Origin: a virus
Taxonomy: Duplodnaviria; Caudoviricetes
DNA length: 64,000 nucleotides
Virus record (IMG/VR): IMGVR_UViG_2654587505_000001
Coordinates: 32,001-96,000 of that record
Strand: one strand, 5' to 3'
Part shown: in pieces, positions 9,417-20,036 of the stretch
Position numbering within the stretch: position 1 is the stretch's first letter
Layout of the letters: every line of letters begins with the position of its first letter
Notes under the pieces: generated by a model
What the model saw: only the letters and a program-made list of their open reading frames with translations
The model's database searches: none
What the model was told of the DNA's origin: nothing
Translations under genes and position numbers: made by a program

Positions 9417-12159
9417 TTAATTCCTCACCTTCTATCAAAATTTTCTTCATACTAAATGTTTCTCCGCCGAATTCAACATCTCCATTTTCATCTAGAACAG
9501 GAATATGTATAATATTTTTATTTCTTTTCAGTAAATTGCTGATAATTTGCTCACCACAAATATCCCATGCAAATTGTTTAGAAGTATTCCTTTTATAACA
9601 AATATCAACAACAATATTGCACAGTTCATCGGCATCATTGCATATTGAATGAGCCTTTGCTATAAACTTTTGTTTAAACAAACTCCTTGAAAGTTGCTTT
9701 TCTTCATCAGAAACTCGGTCTTTTTTAATTTTTTGCATAAATAATTTTGTATCTTCTAAGTATTCTTCATATAAATTCTTAACCTGATTATATCTATGTT
9801 GACTATATTTTTTTTGTGATTTTAAAATGTTAAAATCAAAATCTTCTGTTTTAAAATTATCTTTAATTCTATCAAATACATTTTCTATTTTTCGACATAT
9901 TTTATTCATTACTGAATCACTAATTGAAACTGGCATATGTCGAAAATATGATTGTAAAAATTCTTTTTCTTTTTCATTGTGATTTGACTTACTTATTAAC
10001 TCATTTAGCGTACATCGAAAATTCTCCACACAGTTTTCTTCATATGTATTTACATGATTTCTATATACTCTTCTCAATTCAGGATAAATATAAGTAAAAA
10101 AATAAGGTTTTTTATCAGCTAAGATTTTTAAATTAAATTCCCTAACTTCTGACGGTAAATTTTTATTAGAGTGATAATCATACCATTCTTTAGGCATCGG
10201 TTTACTTTCAATGCCTTTTGTCTTATCAATGGCATTTTGCTGATAATTTTGACCACAGCGAATACGATAATCAAGTTCTTTATACTCTTTACTGTCTTTA
10301 CTAAAATTTGCTCGAACATCAAACATAGATGTGATACGATTTGTTGTTGAACCTATTTCATCACCAAAACTATCTTTATTTGATTGAATTAAGTCTGCCT
10401 CCTCTGGGATTTTCTTCTCTGCTGTTTTTTGCACACATATAATTGCGTCAAGTTCCTCGATAGCATTGAGTATAATTTGATTATCTGTTGTAAGTACTGT
10501 ATCTCCATCTCGGTCAGCACCATTTAAAGCGTGAGAAGTAGTGTCCCATGAATTAAAAATGGTGCAAGTGTCCATATATTTATACCAATATTTCATTTCA
10601 TCTGTATTCTTTAATCTTAAAATACGTATATTATTATGGCATGTCATTGGTGCTCTGAAACAAGCAACTTTATCCACATTTTTATCATTCCAATATTTAG
10701 AATAAAACTCTCCGCTTTTCAATAAACCAGTTACTTCCATATCAAAAATACTTTGACATAGCGAGTATGGATCTCCTGAGATTGTTGAAAAATTTCCCCT
10801 CACTTTCAATACTCCAACTTTTGCTTCATTAATTCTTTTTTTAATCATATTATGGATTTTATTTTTAACAAATGGATCTTTTATCATTTCTTTTTCAATC
10901 ATTAATGCTTTTACAAAGTCGGATTCATTATTATTAAATATATCTTCATTTACGTGTGAGCCTTTTAAAAATAAAATACTTTTTCTATAATCTCCGCCTA
11001 AAACATCTTTAATTTCTTCAACTGTTGGATCAATCAATTTATCGATTTGAACATCGCTCAAATCAAGAGATTGGATAAACTGATAATTAAGATTACGTTC
11101 ATTTTCTAGTTCTTTGGGAGTTATTTTTGTCACACTGAATGTATACCCATTTTTCTCACAACATTCTAAGTAATGTTCAATACTATTATATGAATCCCAT
11201 AATTTCAACATGGAAGTAGTGAGTACAACTTCCACCTGAGTAATGTCTTTTTGATTTCCCCAAGCATCAATTACAATGTTGTTTTTTGCGATATTTTTTG
11301 CAAAATCTAAAAAATCAAAAGTAAATAGCATACCTTTACAAAAACTATTTCTTATACAAAACCCACTAGCAATATAATCTTCTCCCAGTTCTTTTGACCA
11401 TTTTTCACTTAATGAAGGCAATATCAAACCATATCCATCACTATCCACAAGAGATAATAGATAGTCTTTTTCTTCGGTAATTATAGGATATTGACTTTTA
11501 GTGTCATCAATTTTAATAACATTTGCTTTAAATGTCGTTTCACAATCTTTAACTACTAATACTCCTTTTGGATTTGAAACTGGAATACTTGCACTACAAG
11601 CTAATGATTTATATGCCTCAAATTTTGCTGGAACTAACATTTTATTTTTATTTCTTCCATTTTCAATTCTTTCTTGTAGTTCTTCATATACATTAGCACT
11701 TACAAAAACTACTGTGCTATTTTTTGCTCCACCAGTTGTAGCAAGCAATCTTTTAAATTTTACTCCATTAATATAAAATCCTTTTTTTGAATTCATCCTG
11801 TCATAATCTTGAATCCTATCAATCACAATACAAACATAATCTTTTACAAATAATAAATTGTATAAATCATCATATAATTTCTTAATTTTTTTTTTATTTT
11901 CTGAATTAATTTCTTTTTTCTTAATTTGTTTAATTTCATTTTTTATTTCTTTGATCTTTTTTTCTATATCATTATATGTATTATTATTTTTATTATTAAT
12001 TTCTCTAATAAATCGCAAAACTGAACTATCTGCCAAAGAAACAATTTCTTCGTTTTCAATTGCTTGCTGTATCGTAAGATTTAAATTCCATTTAGATTTT
12101 CTCAATCTTGAAGAATGAATTTTGAATATATATTTTAGGCTCGACTGTTGTTTAGCCAA
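9397..12159 (-). CDS. yonO: YonO-type single-subunit DNA-dependent RNA polymerase
   Basis: DSDGYGLI, IRNSFCKG, FRAP and NGADRDGD (DxDGD metal-binding loop); probable TTG start 12159 after GGAGG; SPbeta synteny. Confidence 0.85.
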   Translation of the reverse strand: MAKQQSSLKYIFKIHSSRLRKSKWNLNLTIQQAIENEEIVSLADSSVLRFIREINNKNNNTYNDIEKKIKEIKNEIKQIKKKEINSENKKKIKKLYDDLYNLLFVKDYVCIVIDRIQDYDRMNSKKGFYINGVKFKRLLATTGGAKNSTVVFVSANVYEELQERIENGRNKNKMLVPAKFEAYKSLACSASIPVSNPKGVLVVKDCETTFKANVIKIDDTKSQYPIITEEKDYLLSLVDSDGYGLILPSLSEKWSKELGEDYIASGFCIRNSFCKGMLFTFDFLDFAKNIAKNNIVIDAWGNQKDITQVEVVLTTSMLKLWDSYNSIEHYLECCEKNGYTFSVTKITPKELENERNLNYQFIQSLDLSDVQIDKLIDPTVEEIKDVLGGDYRKSILFLKGSHVNEDIFNNNESDFVKALMIEKEMIKDPFVKNKIHNMIKKRINEAKVGVLKVRGNFSTISGDPYSLCQSIFDMEVTGLLKSGEFYSKYWNDKNVDKVACFRAPMTCHNNIRILRLKNTDEMKYWYKYMDTCTIFNSWDTTSHALNGADRDGDTVLTTDNQIILNAIEELDAIICVQKTAEKKIPEEADLIQSNKDSFGDEIGSTTNRITSMFDVRANFSKDSKEYKELDYRIRCGQNYQQNAIDKTKGIESKPMPKEWYDYHSNKNLPSEVREFNLKILADKKPYFFTYIYPELRRVYRNHVNTYEENCVENFRCTLNELISKSNHNEKEKEFLQSYFRHMPVSISDSVMNKICRKIENVFDRIKDNFKTEDFDFNILKSQKKYSQHRYNQVKNLYEEYLEDTKLFMQKIKKDRVSDEEKQLSRSLFKQKFIAKAHSICNDADELCNIVVDICYKRNTSKQFAWDICGEQIISNLLKRNKNIIHIPVLDENGDVEFGGETFSMKKILIEGEELNESHFK

Positions 12160-12186
12160 TAATTCTGTCCTCCAATTCATTATATT

Positions 12187-12408
12187 CTAATTCCTATTCT
12201 TTTTTATGTATTCTCTTTTCCATTCCTTATATGTATCGTCTCCAAGATCGTCCAAATAGTCTAACTCTAATTCTTCAATACTATCCCATCCTTCATCAAT
12301 TTTATGTTTAAATATTCTCTCTGTTTCCTCACAAAATGCATAATCATAATCTTTTAGTGTTCCATCATAATAAACATCCTGCCAATTAAGTCTCGAACTT
12401 TTTCCCAT
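12187..12408 (-). CDS. Small acidic hypothetical protein
   Basis: 73-aa ORF with RBS AAGGGAG upstream of the RNA polymerase. Confidence 0.6.
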   Translation of the reverse strand: MGKSSRLNWQDVYYDGTLKDYDYAFCEETERIFKHKIDEGWDSIEELELDYLDDLGDDTYKEWKREYIKKNRN

Positions 12409-12582
12409 CCGTAATCTCCCTTGTATTCGTCATTTTTATCATCCCCTCTAATATTTAGATTCGGCAAGAAGTTATTTCTTCTTACATTGATAATTTAGCA
12501 TTTTTTATATTTTAAAGTCAATACTTTTTAAAGAGAATATCTCTTCATTATATACAAAAAAAGAAAGTAAAAAATATAAAAA

Positions 12583-12612
12583 ACTTGACAAAAACAACTG
12601 ACTGGTGTATAT
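12583..12612 (+). promoter_or_regulatory. SigA-type promoter of the recombinase
   Basis: TTGACA-N17-TATATT preceded by an A-tract UP element. Confidence 0.55.
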
Positions 12613-12651
12613 TTTATTTATGTTAATCATGAATAAAGGAGGAGATAATGA

Positions 12652-13701
12652 GTGCAAAGTTTAGCGACTGTACAAAGTTTAAATATTGATTCCGTTTATG
12701 ATGCTTTCATAACTTGGATAAATAAATATAAAGAAAATTCAAGAATGGAGTATATACGAAATGTAAATGAATTCTTTATGTTTATGCATGGGAAGACCAT
12801 TGAAAATATTACCAAACAGGAAATTGAAACAGTAACCGATGTGACAGGAAAAAGAGTCAAACTTTTAAATATGCATGTGGAAAAATATAAACAATATTTA
12901 AAACAGAAAAAAAATACTGATTCTTCTATCATTAGAAAAATATACGCAATTCGTTCTCTGTATAAATATTTGCGAATCAATGGCTACGATGTAGATCATT
13001 TAATTTTTGATTCTTCTGCTTTAAAAAATAAGCCTAAAAGTTATGGATTCTACACTCCAGATGAAGTAAAAATGGTTGCAAAAGAAGCATTAAATGAACT
13101 CCATTATGGGGAAGAGTTATATATTTGTTACTTGTTGGCTGCACAAACAAGTATACGTCTTAATGCTTTGTTAAGTTTGAAATGGTCAAATATTAGCAAA
13201 GATGAGAAGAGTGGATTGTACATAATTGAAACGATTGACAAAAACGATGAAGAAGTTATTGCTCCATTTGAACAAGAATTACACCATCGGCTAATTGAAA
13301 TTAAAAATAGATACAATTCAGATAAATTGTTCCCTAATCTTAAACCAGATAAAGTAGAAAAGTCATTACACAGGATTAATAACAGATTAGGGTTCTCTAA
13401 AACAAGAAGACTTACTTTTCATTCCTTACGTAAAGTAGCAATTAACTACGGTGTAAATGTGATGAAGGATATTAAGGGTGCTCAGGAACAGGGTCGTCAT
13501 AAATCTGTTCAAGTTATGATTGATCGATATACACAAACTGAAACAGACTTTAGTACTCGTGCTGGAATTCAAATGATGAAAGAGGCTAATGAAGAAGTTT
13601 TTGACTTAGTTAATAAAAAAGAACTATTGGAGATGTTAAAGGAGATGAATATTGGAGTATATAATCAATTGGCATTGAAGATAGAGAGGATGGTGGAGTA
13701 G
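12652..13701 (+). CDS. Tyrosine recombinase, catalytically complete
   Basis: SAM-like N-terminus; TSIRLNALL (R), TFHSLRK (HxxR), GRHKS (H), DRYT (Y). Confidence 0.85.
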   Translation: MQSLATVQSLNIDSVYDAFITWINKYKENSRMEYIRNVNEFFMFMHGKTIENITKQEIETVTDVTGKRVKLLNMHVEKYKQYLKQKKNTDSSIIRKIYAIRSLYKYLRINGYDVDHLIFDSSALKNKPKSYGFYTPDEVKMVAKEALNELHYGEELYICYLLAAQTSIRLNALLSLKWSNISKDEKSGLYIIETIDKNDEEVIAPFEQELHHRLIEIKNRYNSDKLFPNLKPDKVEKSLHRINNRLGFSKTRRLTFHSLRKVAINYGVNVMKDIKGAQEQGRHKSVQVMIDRYTQTETDFSTRAGIQMMKEANEEVFDLVNKKELLEMLKEMNIGVYNQLALKIERMVE

Positions 13702-13965
13702 AATGGATGTGATAATTTCGTTTTATTTTTTGTGATTTTACTTCAATTAAAATAATATCTTAGTGTATGGAGAAATGAAGATAGTTAAGTATGATTGGAT
13801 AGATGTGAAGAAATCTTGTTTAAATTAAAATGAATTTAGAAGCGAAATAAATAATATGTATAAAACGTTGACTTGATAAAATAAAAAATGTTATATTAAA
13901 TTCGTACCGAATAGGTGCGATTTTTATTATTCACTTAAAAATTTTTAACAAGGGAGAGAATACCG

Positions 13966-14121
13966 TTGGACTACCAGAAGATTATTAAACAAAAAGGACT
14001 AAAACAAAAATGGATAGCAGAGAAATTGGGAGTAAGTAGTGCGATGATTAGCATGTATATAAGTGGTAAATCTGGAATGTCTTCAGAAAAAATTAAGAAA
14101 TTAAATAGACTATTAAAATAA
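13966..14121 (+). CDS. Small XRE/Cro HTH protein (51 aa)
   Basis: Not in track. MDYQKIIKQKGLKQKWIAEKLGVSSAMISMYISGK...; RBS AAGGGAG; SigA-like promoter near 13868. Confidence 0.75.
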   Translation: MDYQKIIKQKGLKQKWIAEKLGVSSAMISMYISGKSGMSSEKIKKLNRLLK

Positions 14122-14145
14122 TAGATAATCCAAAGGAGATGAAAT

Positions 14146-16491
14146 ATGGAAAATATTAAATTAGATGTAACGCCGATAAAATGTTTGTATCCTAAAACTT
14201 TTAACCCAACAAATGATTTTTATATTTATTCTTGTAAAACAGACAGTGAAGAAGTAGAGTTAAATAGATATGGAACTATTACTATAAAAGGAAAGATGCA
14301 AAGACTTGATCTAGATGTTACATATAAAGCTGAAATAGCATTTGGTGAAAATCATCCTACATATGGAGTTAGTTATAATGTTATCTCTGTTTATCAGGAA
14401 TTACCGAAAACAACCGAAGCGCAAAAAGATTATCTTAGAGCACTTATAACTGAAAATCAAATTTATGAAATTTACAAAATTTATGGAGATCAGGACATTA
14501 TTAAACTCTTTAAAGAAGATAAAATTGATTACAAAAAAATTAAAGGTTTTGGGGAAGTTACGTATAAAAGAGTCAGACAGAAAATTGTTGAGAATTTAGA
14601 TTATCAAGAACTGTTGAGTAATTTAGGTAAATATGGTATCACCTATGACACAATTGTTAAATTAATGAAAGAATTCGGTAGTGCTCAAATTGCCATTCAA
14701 AAAGTAAAGAATAATCCATATACATTGACTAGAATTCATGGAATTGGATTTAAAAAAGCAGACGCAATTGCTAGAAATATGGCTAAAGAAGAAATTGAAT
14801 TATTGCTTGAGGCAGGAAAAATAAATAAAAAAGAAGCAGAACAAATGTTTGTTGAAAAAGTGTTTGAAAGTCCATTTCGAATCCAGAGTGGAATACGACA
14901 TGTTATAGAACAAGAACAAGGAAAAGGAAATACATACATAGAAGAAGATGAACTATTAAAACAAAGTGTTGAATTATTACAGGTTGAAGATATGTTGATT
15001 CAACAACAGATAAAAAACACAGAAGGATTACATTTGGAAGGAACTATGATTGCTTTAGAAAATACATATAAGACAGAAGAATTTATTAGTAGCTGGATTA
15101 AAGAAAAACTTAAGAACCCAAATGAATTAAATTTTAATGTAGAAGAATTTATTGAGCGAATGGAAGAGAAGCATCAGATTAAGTTATCACACCAACAGAA
15201 ATCTTTTTTCTATAATGTTAAGAATCATTCTGTGCATTTACTTGTTGGTTACGCAGGCTGTGGAAAATCAAAATTACAATCATTGTTACGTGATTTATTA
15301 AAAGAACTAGGACTTACAGCAAAATGGCTTGCTCCGACTGGAAATGCAGCCAAGATCCTGTCAGGGTATATTGGAGAAAAAGCATCTACTGCACACAAAG
15401 CAATAGGCTATGGACAAAATAAAGAAGAAAAAGATTTAATAGAGATTATTGAAGACTATATTATCATTGACGAAACAAGTATGCTCGATGTATTTATTAA
15501 TGCTTCAATTTTGAAAAAAATTAAAAATCCTGAAGCAAGAATCTTGTTTATTGGGGATGCATTCCAAATACCAAGCGTCCAGTGTGGCAATCTCCTTCAT
15601 GATATGCTTGAGAGTGGAGTTATTCCCACAACTAAACTCGATATTGTCTTTAGACAAAGCGAAGGTGGAATATTGGATATTGCCACTAAAATTAGACTAG
15701 GAGAAAAATTTATTGATAATGATTTCAATGGTAGAGCTGTATATGGAAAAAACATGGTGATTCATTGTACAGAGCAAGAGTGGATGAGTGATGGGTATAA
15801 GTATTACTATAATAGATTTTTAGACAATCACAAACCAGAAGAAATTATGGTGCTCAGTCCAACTAAAAAAGGAAAGCTTGGAACAATAACTATTAATAAA
15901 GAAATACAACAAATTGTAAATCCGTCCAGTCCTTTAAAAAAAGAGATTGAGTTTGGGGAAGATGGGGTATTACGTATTGGAGACTATGTAATAAACATAA
16001 AAAATACATATGATATCATGAACGTTAGTAAAGAAGTTACTGAGATTGTAAATGGAGACAAGGGAATCGTTTATGATCTTATTACGGACTGGAATCCTAA
16101 ACGTGATAGATACAATGGAAACAAAAGTAACTATGAACTAGAAGAAGACGAATTTGGAGATGAAGAAGAAGTTAATGAAAATGGAGTGTATGTAAAATTT
16201 GATTCAGACGAAATCAAAATCTCACTACAAGATAAGTTTCAACTTTTACATGCTTGGTGTTTGACTATGCATAAGAGTCAGGGTGGAAATGCTAAAGCGG
16301 TATTAATTATTTGTGATAAGTCTCATAAATTTCAGATGAGTGCAAACTTGTTGTATACGGCAGTAACAAGAGCAACAGATTATGTTGTAATTGTTTGTCA
16401 AGCAGATGTAATTAATCATGCTATGAGAAAAGTTGAAAATTTGAGAAGAAATACGAGGTTAGAAGAATTACTAAGAAGAGAAGTCGTGTAA
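14146..16491 (+). CDS. RecD2-like SF1B helicase
   Basis: HhH GIGFKKAD, Walker A GYAGCGKS, IIDETSM, IGDAFQIPSV, FRQ, TMHKSQG, LYTAVTRA. Confidence 0.9.
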   Translation: MENIKLDVTPIKCLYPKTFNPTNDFYIYSCKTDSEEVELNRYGTITIKGKMQRLDLDVTYKAEIAFGENHPTYGVSYNVISVYQELPKTTEAQKDYLRALITENQIYEIYKIYGDQDIIKLFKEDKIDYKKIKGFGEVTYKRVRQKIVENLDYQELLSNLGKYGITYDTIVKLMKEFGSAQIAIQKVKNNPYTLTRIHGIGFKKADAIARNMAKEEIELLLEAGKINKKEAEQMFVEKVFESPFRIQSGIRHVIEQEQGKGNTYIEEDELLKQSVELLQVEDMLIQQQIKNTEGLHLEGTMIALENTYKTEEFISSWIKEKLKNPNELNFNVEEFIERMEEKHQIKLSHQQKSFFYNVKNHSVHLLVGYAGCGKSKLQSLLRDLLKELGLTAKWLAPTGNAAKILSGYIGEKASTAHKAIGYGQNKEEKDLIEIIEDYIIIDETSMLDVFINASILKKIKNPEARILFIGDAFQIPSVQCGNLLHDMLESGVIPTTKLDIVFRQSEGGILDIATKIRLGEKFIDNDFNGRAVYGKNMVIHCTEQEWMSDGYKYYYNRFLDNHKPEEIMVLSPTKKGKLGTITINKEIQQIVNPSSPLKKEIEFGEDGVLRIGDYVINIKNTYDIMNVSKEVTEIVNGDKGIVYDLITDWNPKRDRYNGNKSNYELEEDEFGDEEEVNENGVYVKFDSDEIKISLQDKFQLLHAWCLTMHKSQGGNAKAVLIICDKSHKFQMSANLLYTAVTRATDYVVIVCQADVINHAMRKVENLRRNTRLEELLRREVV

Positions 16492-16534
16492 GTACGGCTT
16501 CTCTTGTAGATTGTTAAATGTGAGGAGAGATGTG

Positions 16535-18460
16535 ATGCGAATATTAGTAGACGATAAATGTTATACAAGCAAACCGAGCAACGCTGGAATTGTCACCAAT
16601 AGTATTGTGAATCACCCTGTAGATATAACAATTGAAAAATTAGCAGAGGAAATTGTAAAAGGAAAATCATTCACACTTTCGGATTTTCATACAGTTGACG
16701 GAAAAATTAGTAGATCACAAGAATACTGGAAGTCACAACAATTGATTTGTCTAGACTTTGATAATGAAATTGTCAAGAAAATCAATGGCAAGCGAGTAAA
16801 AGTAAAGTGCATTACAAAAACATGGGAACAAGCAAAAGAAGAATTTAAAGAAACTGCTGCTTTCATGTATAAAACATTCAACTACACTGATAATCATCAT
16901 AAGTTTAGAGTTGTGTTTATGCTTGATGAGGTAGTTATCAATGATAAATTGATGGATGGTATATTAGAGGAATATAAAGACAGATATCCTGATGCCGATC
17001 CTAAGTGTTTTGAACGTGCCAGACTGTTATATGGTGGCACTGAGATATATGTGTTTGATTACAACAATAGAATAAATGTTAATACATATATAGATAAGTT
17101 AAATATACATAATACATATAGTCAATCTGTTGATCAGGGGGTTTTGGGAGTACAATATTCATTAGATAAATACTTTAATGCTATTGTAACCCCAAAACCC
17201 CCCCCAAAGTTAATTAGCGTAGAAAAAAACCTGAGTTTAATAAGAACAAAGAATGTCAAAAGATTACATGAGATATTGAATCCTCAGCCAATTAAGTTTT
17301 ATACATACAGTGAAACTGTGGAGTATATTAAAAAACAGGATATTGGTTTGTTACTTGGTATTGATACTCCGTCTAATTTTAGATGCATATTTCATGAAGA
17401 CAATAATCCGAGTGCCAGTATATTTAAAAATGCTGATACTGGTGATTATATTTATTGTTGTCAGAGTAGTAACTGTACATTTGGGACAGGTATGGTAATT
17501 AAATGTATTGAGCGAATTTTAAAATGTAATAGGATACAATCATTAAAATTTTTAAGGGAATTATATAAAGTTGAATTTCATCAAACGGAATGGCAAAAAG
17601 AACAAATTGAATATTTAGACGAGAATATTCGATATTTACAAAGTCCAGACTTTCCACAAGAATATCCTATACAATACGGATTAATCAAAAATTATCTTGA
17701 TGATTTAGTGAAGTTCATTAGTATATCTAAAGATTACATTCCTGCTGAACATTATTCGATTGAACATGCGAATGTTTTATTTTTTATGAGTCTTCGACAT
17801 TTCGCTAAGATATGTGGAAAAAGCAATATTTCTCGTGTTGGTGATCGAATAGCATTGTTCACATATTTAAAATATATTTACAAATTAGATGAACATGAGA
17901 TTCCAGTTAGATTATTAGAAAGAGCAAAAAAGGAATTAGTTATGAATAAGAACAAAAATAGTATTAGTAGCATGAATTTGATTAATTTTTATTCTATTCA
18001 CCCATACTCAGAAGAAACACTGTCTGAAACAGAGAATAAGGCAAAAGAGTTTAGAGGAAATCATTTCACTATGAAAGGAATTTCTAAGGAAATGTTTATT
18101 AGAGCATTAGGAGAAGAAGAAGCAAATAGAATATATCCTCAGATGAAGGAAAAGAAAGTCAGTGAAAAGAGTCATAGGATAACTAAGGAATTAGAGCAGG
18201 CTGCTTTACAGTTGATTGATGAAAAGGGGTGGACTACCGAAAGTGAAATATTGAAGTTAATTGATGGAATAGTTGAGGGAAGTAAAGACTCTAAGCAAAG
18301 ACAGATGAAAAAGATAATTGGTGAATTATGTATTAAATATGGAATAGAGAGAAAAAGAGCGAATAAAATTCTTTTGACAGAGTTGGGAATAGGTAAGATT
18401 TATAATGATGAAGGAATAGAATGTTATCCATTTTTGTTGATTAAAGTAGATAATTTATGA
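16535..18460 (+). CDS. Primase-polymerase-like replication protein with CHC2-type Zn finger
   Basis: CLDFDN (DxD) and YKT...KFRVVF N-terminal AEP-like motifs; CIFHEDNNPS...CC..SNC finger; follows RecD2. Confidence 0.55.
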   Translation: MRILVDDKCYTSKPSNAGIVTNSIVNHPVDITIEKLAEEIVKGKSFTLSDFHTVDGKISRSQEYWKSQQLICLDFDNEIVKKINGKRVKVKCITKTWEQAKEEFKETAAFMYKTFNYTDNHHKFRVVFMLDEVVINDKLMDGILEEYKDRYPDADPKCFERARLLYGGTEIYVFDYNNRINVNTYIDKLNIHNTYSQSVDQGVLGVQYSLDKYFNAIVTPKPPPKLISVEKNLSLIRTKNVKRLHEILNPQPIKFYTYSETVEYIKKQDIGLLLGIDTPSNFRCIFHEDNNPSASIFKNADTGDYIYCCQSSNCTFGTGMVIKCIERILKCNRIQSLKFLRELYKVEFHQTEWQKEQIEYLDENIRYLQSPDFPQEYPIQYGLIKNYLDDLVKFISISKDYIPAEHYSIEHANVLFFMSLRHFAKICGKSNISRVGDRIALFTYLKYIYKLDEHEIPVRLLERAKKELVMNKNKNSISSMNLINFYSIHPYSEETLSETENKAKEFRGNHFTMKGISKEMFIRALGEEEANRIYPQMKEKKVSEKSHRITKELEQAALQLIDEKGWTTESEILKLIDGIVEGSKDSKQRQMKKIIGELCIKYGIERKRANKILLTELGIGKIYNDEGIECYPFLLIKVDNL

Positions 18461-18570
18461 TTGTGAAAAATTGTATGCTATAAAATAGAAAAATATAAAT
18501 ATATCCAGATTATAAGCATAAGATACTGGCTACTTTGAAGAATATTGGTAACGTTGAATAATAAACTTTC

Positions 18571-18602
18571 AAGGTGACTCTAAGTGTGAGTCATCTTTTT
18601 TG
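18571..18602 (+). terminator. Intrinsic terminator of the replication operon
   Basis: AAGGTGACTC-loop-GAGTCATCTT followed by a T run. Confidence 0.65.
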
Positions 18603-19660
18603 TTAAATATACTGTATATATTCATGTATATCATTGACTCATGTATATCATTGTTAAAAATATCCCCCCCTCATATAGGTTAAATCGGAACGTGAAAAGC
18701 TATAATCGACAATTATATAATTTTTGATGAATGTGGACGGAAAAAACTTAGATATTATAATGGTAAAATTGTGATTTAAGAGTCGCATTATGTGGTCAAA
18801 TAGATAGTTTTAATCGTGAAAGTATAGGTAGAACAAGGGAAAATTAGATATTAGAGATGTGAAATTTGTTAATTATGGAGAAATTGTGAAGAAATATATG
18901 GTAAGTTCCATGAGGTAATGAGTGTTAAAAATGTAGTAATTGTAAGGATATTTGTAATTGGTGAATATAGTAGATACGATTATAGATACGATTATAGTAG
19001 AGTGTGATGAGAAGTGAAATTGGTATTTTGATGTAAATTTAGTGTAATAGTGTAATCGATTGGTAATTTTAGTTGGAGGTGTGGATGGAAGTGCTCACAG
19101 CGTAAAATGGAAATAAATGGTTGATTTAGTTGTAAATATACCCCCCATACCTATATTGTAAGAGATGTAAAAAGCCTTGTAAACACTAGTAAAAACACAT
19201 GACTAACAATTATTAGTCATGGGTTATGGAAATAGATACCATTTGTTAAAATTTACTAATCTTGCTTTGGTCTATGATGCCAGCTTAATTAGGTTAAAAT
19301 AAGTGTTTTATCGATCAGTGCAGAATGATACTAGACCATTAATGACCACCAGTGCAGACTACCAGAACTTTGTTTAATAGATAAACAAATCGTATAGTAA
19401 CATGCGTCCATTTTTACAAGTGTTAACAAATACATATACATATATATACAATTGCAAATACATATAAATATATACACATATAATAACTTAATATATACAT
19501 ATAATATCATCAAAACTTTATATATATACAATTGCAAATACATACATATACAAATACATTATCTATATCACATCTTATCACTATATCACATTATATCCAC
19601 AACTTTATCACAACAACATCACCTACAACAAACAAATAAAATATACAAAATAAACATAAT
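18600..19660. other. Long non-coding region with G/C skew inversion and short repeats (candidate packaging/terminus/origin region)
   Basis: G-rich 18720-19130, C-rich from ~19420; C-tracts near 18664 and 19141; short tandem and direct repeats. Confidence 0.45.
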
Positions 19661-19731
19661 ATACTTGCTTTATATATATAAAAATGGTATTATTATCTTG
19701 TAAGGGAAATCTGATACATAGGAGGACTCGA

Positions 19732-19917
19732 ATGGATGAAAAAACCCTTATTGCAATCTTATCCTTTATCCTAACACTAACTAAATTTATCTTAGATGAA
19801 TACAGACGGTGGAAGGATAAACGAAAAGAGGCAGAGTTAAAACGCTTAGAACAACTAGAACAGCAAAAAGAAAATGGCGCCTACCCTCCGCGTAAGGATA
19901 GACACCACAAGCGTTAA
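19732..19917 (+). CDS. YonT-like type I toxin
   Basis: MDEKTLIAILSFILTLTKFIL hydrophobic helix plus very basic tail; RBS AGGAGG; promoter TTGCTT-N17-TATTAT at 19665. Confidence 0.65.
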   Translation: MDEKTLIAILSFILTLTKFILDEYRRWKDKRKEAELKRLEQLEQQKENGAYPPRKDRHHKR

Positions 19918-19964
19918 AGCTCAACCAAGGAGACAGCGAGAACTTCGGTTCTCCTGTTTCCCTC
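19865..19964 (-). ncRNA. SR6-like antisense antitoxin RNA
   Basis: Minus-strand promoter TTGCAT-N18-TATAAT (20000-19971); 14-bp terminator stem TGGTGTCTATCCTT/GAGGGTAGGCGCCA plus TTTTCTTTTT inside the toxin 3' end. Confidence 0.6.
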
Positions 19965-20036
19965 CATTCTATTATACAACTCCTATGTATCAATATGCAA
20001 CTATTCATTAAATAAATCCGAAAAGGAGGAAACGCC

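Noticed and set aside
12652-13701. Recombinase as prophage integrase with an adjacent att site
   Set aside because: Phage genes continue on both sides; no host DNA or att duplication is visible in the window
19331-19703. Y/I-rich ORFs 19331..19543 (-) and 19452..19703 (+)
   Set aside because: Artefacts of AT-dinucleotide low-complexity DNA
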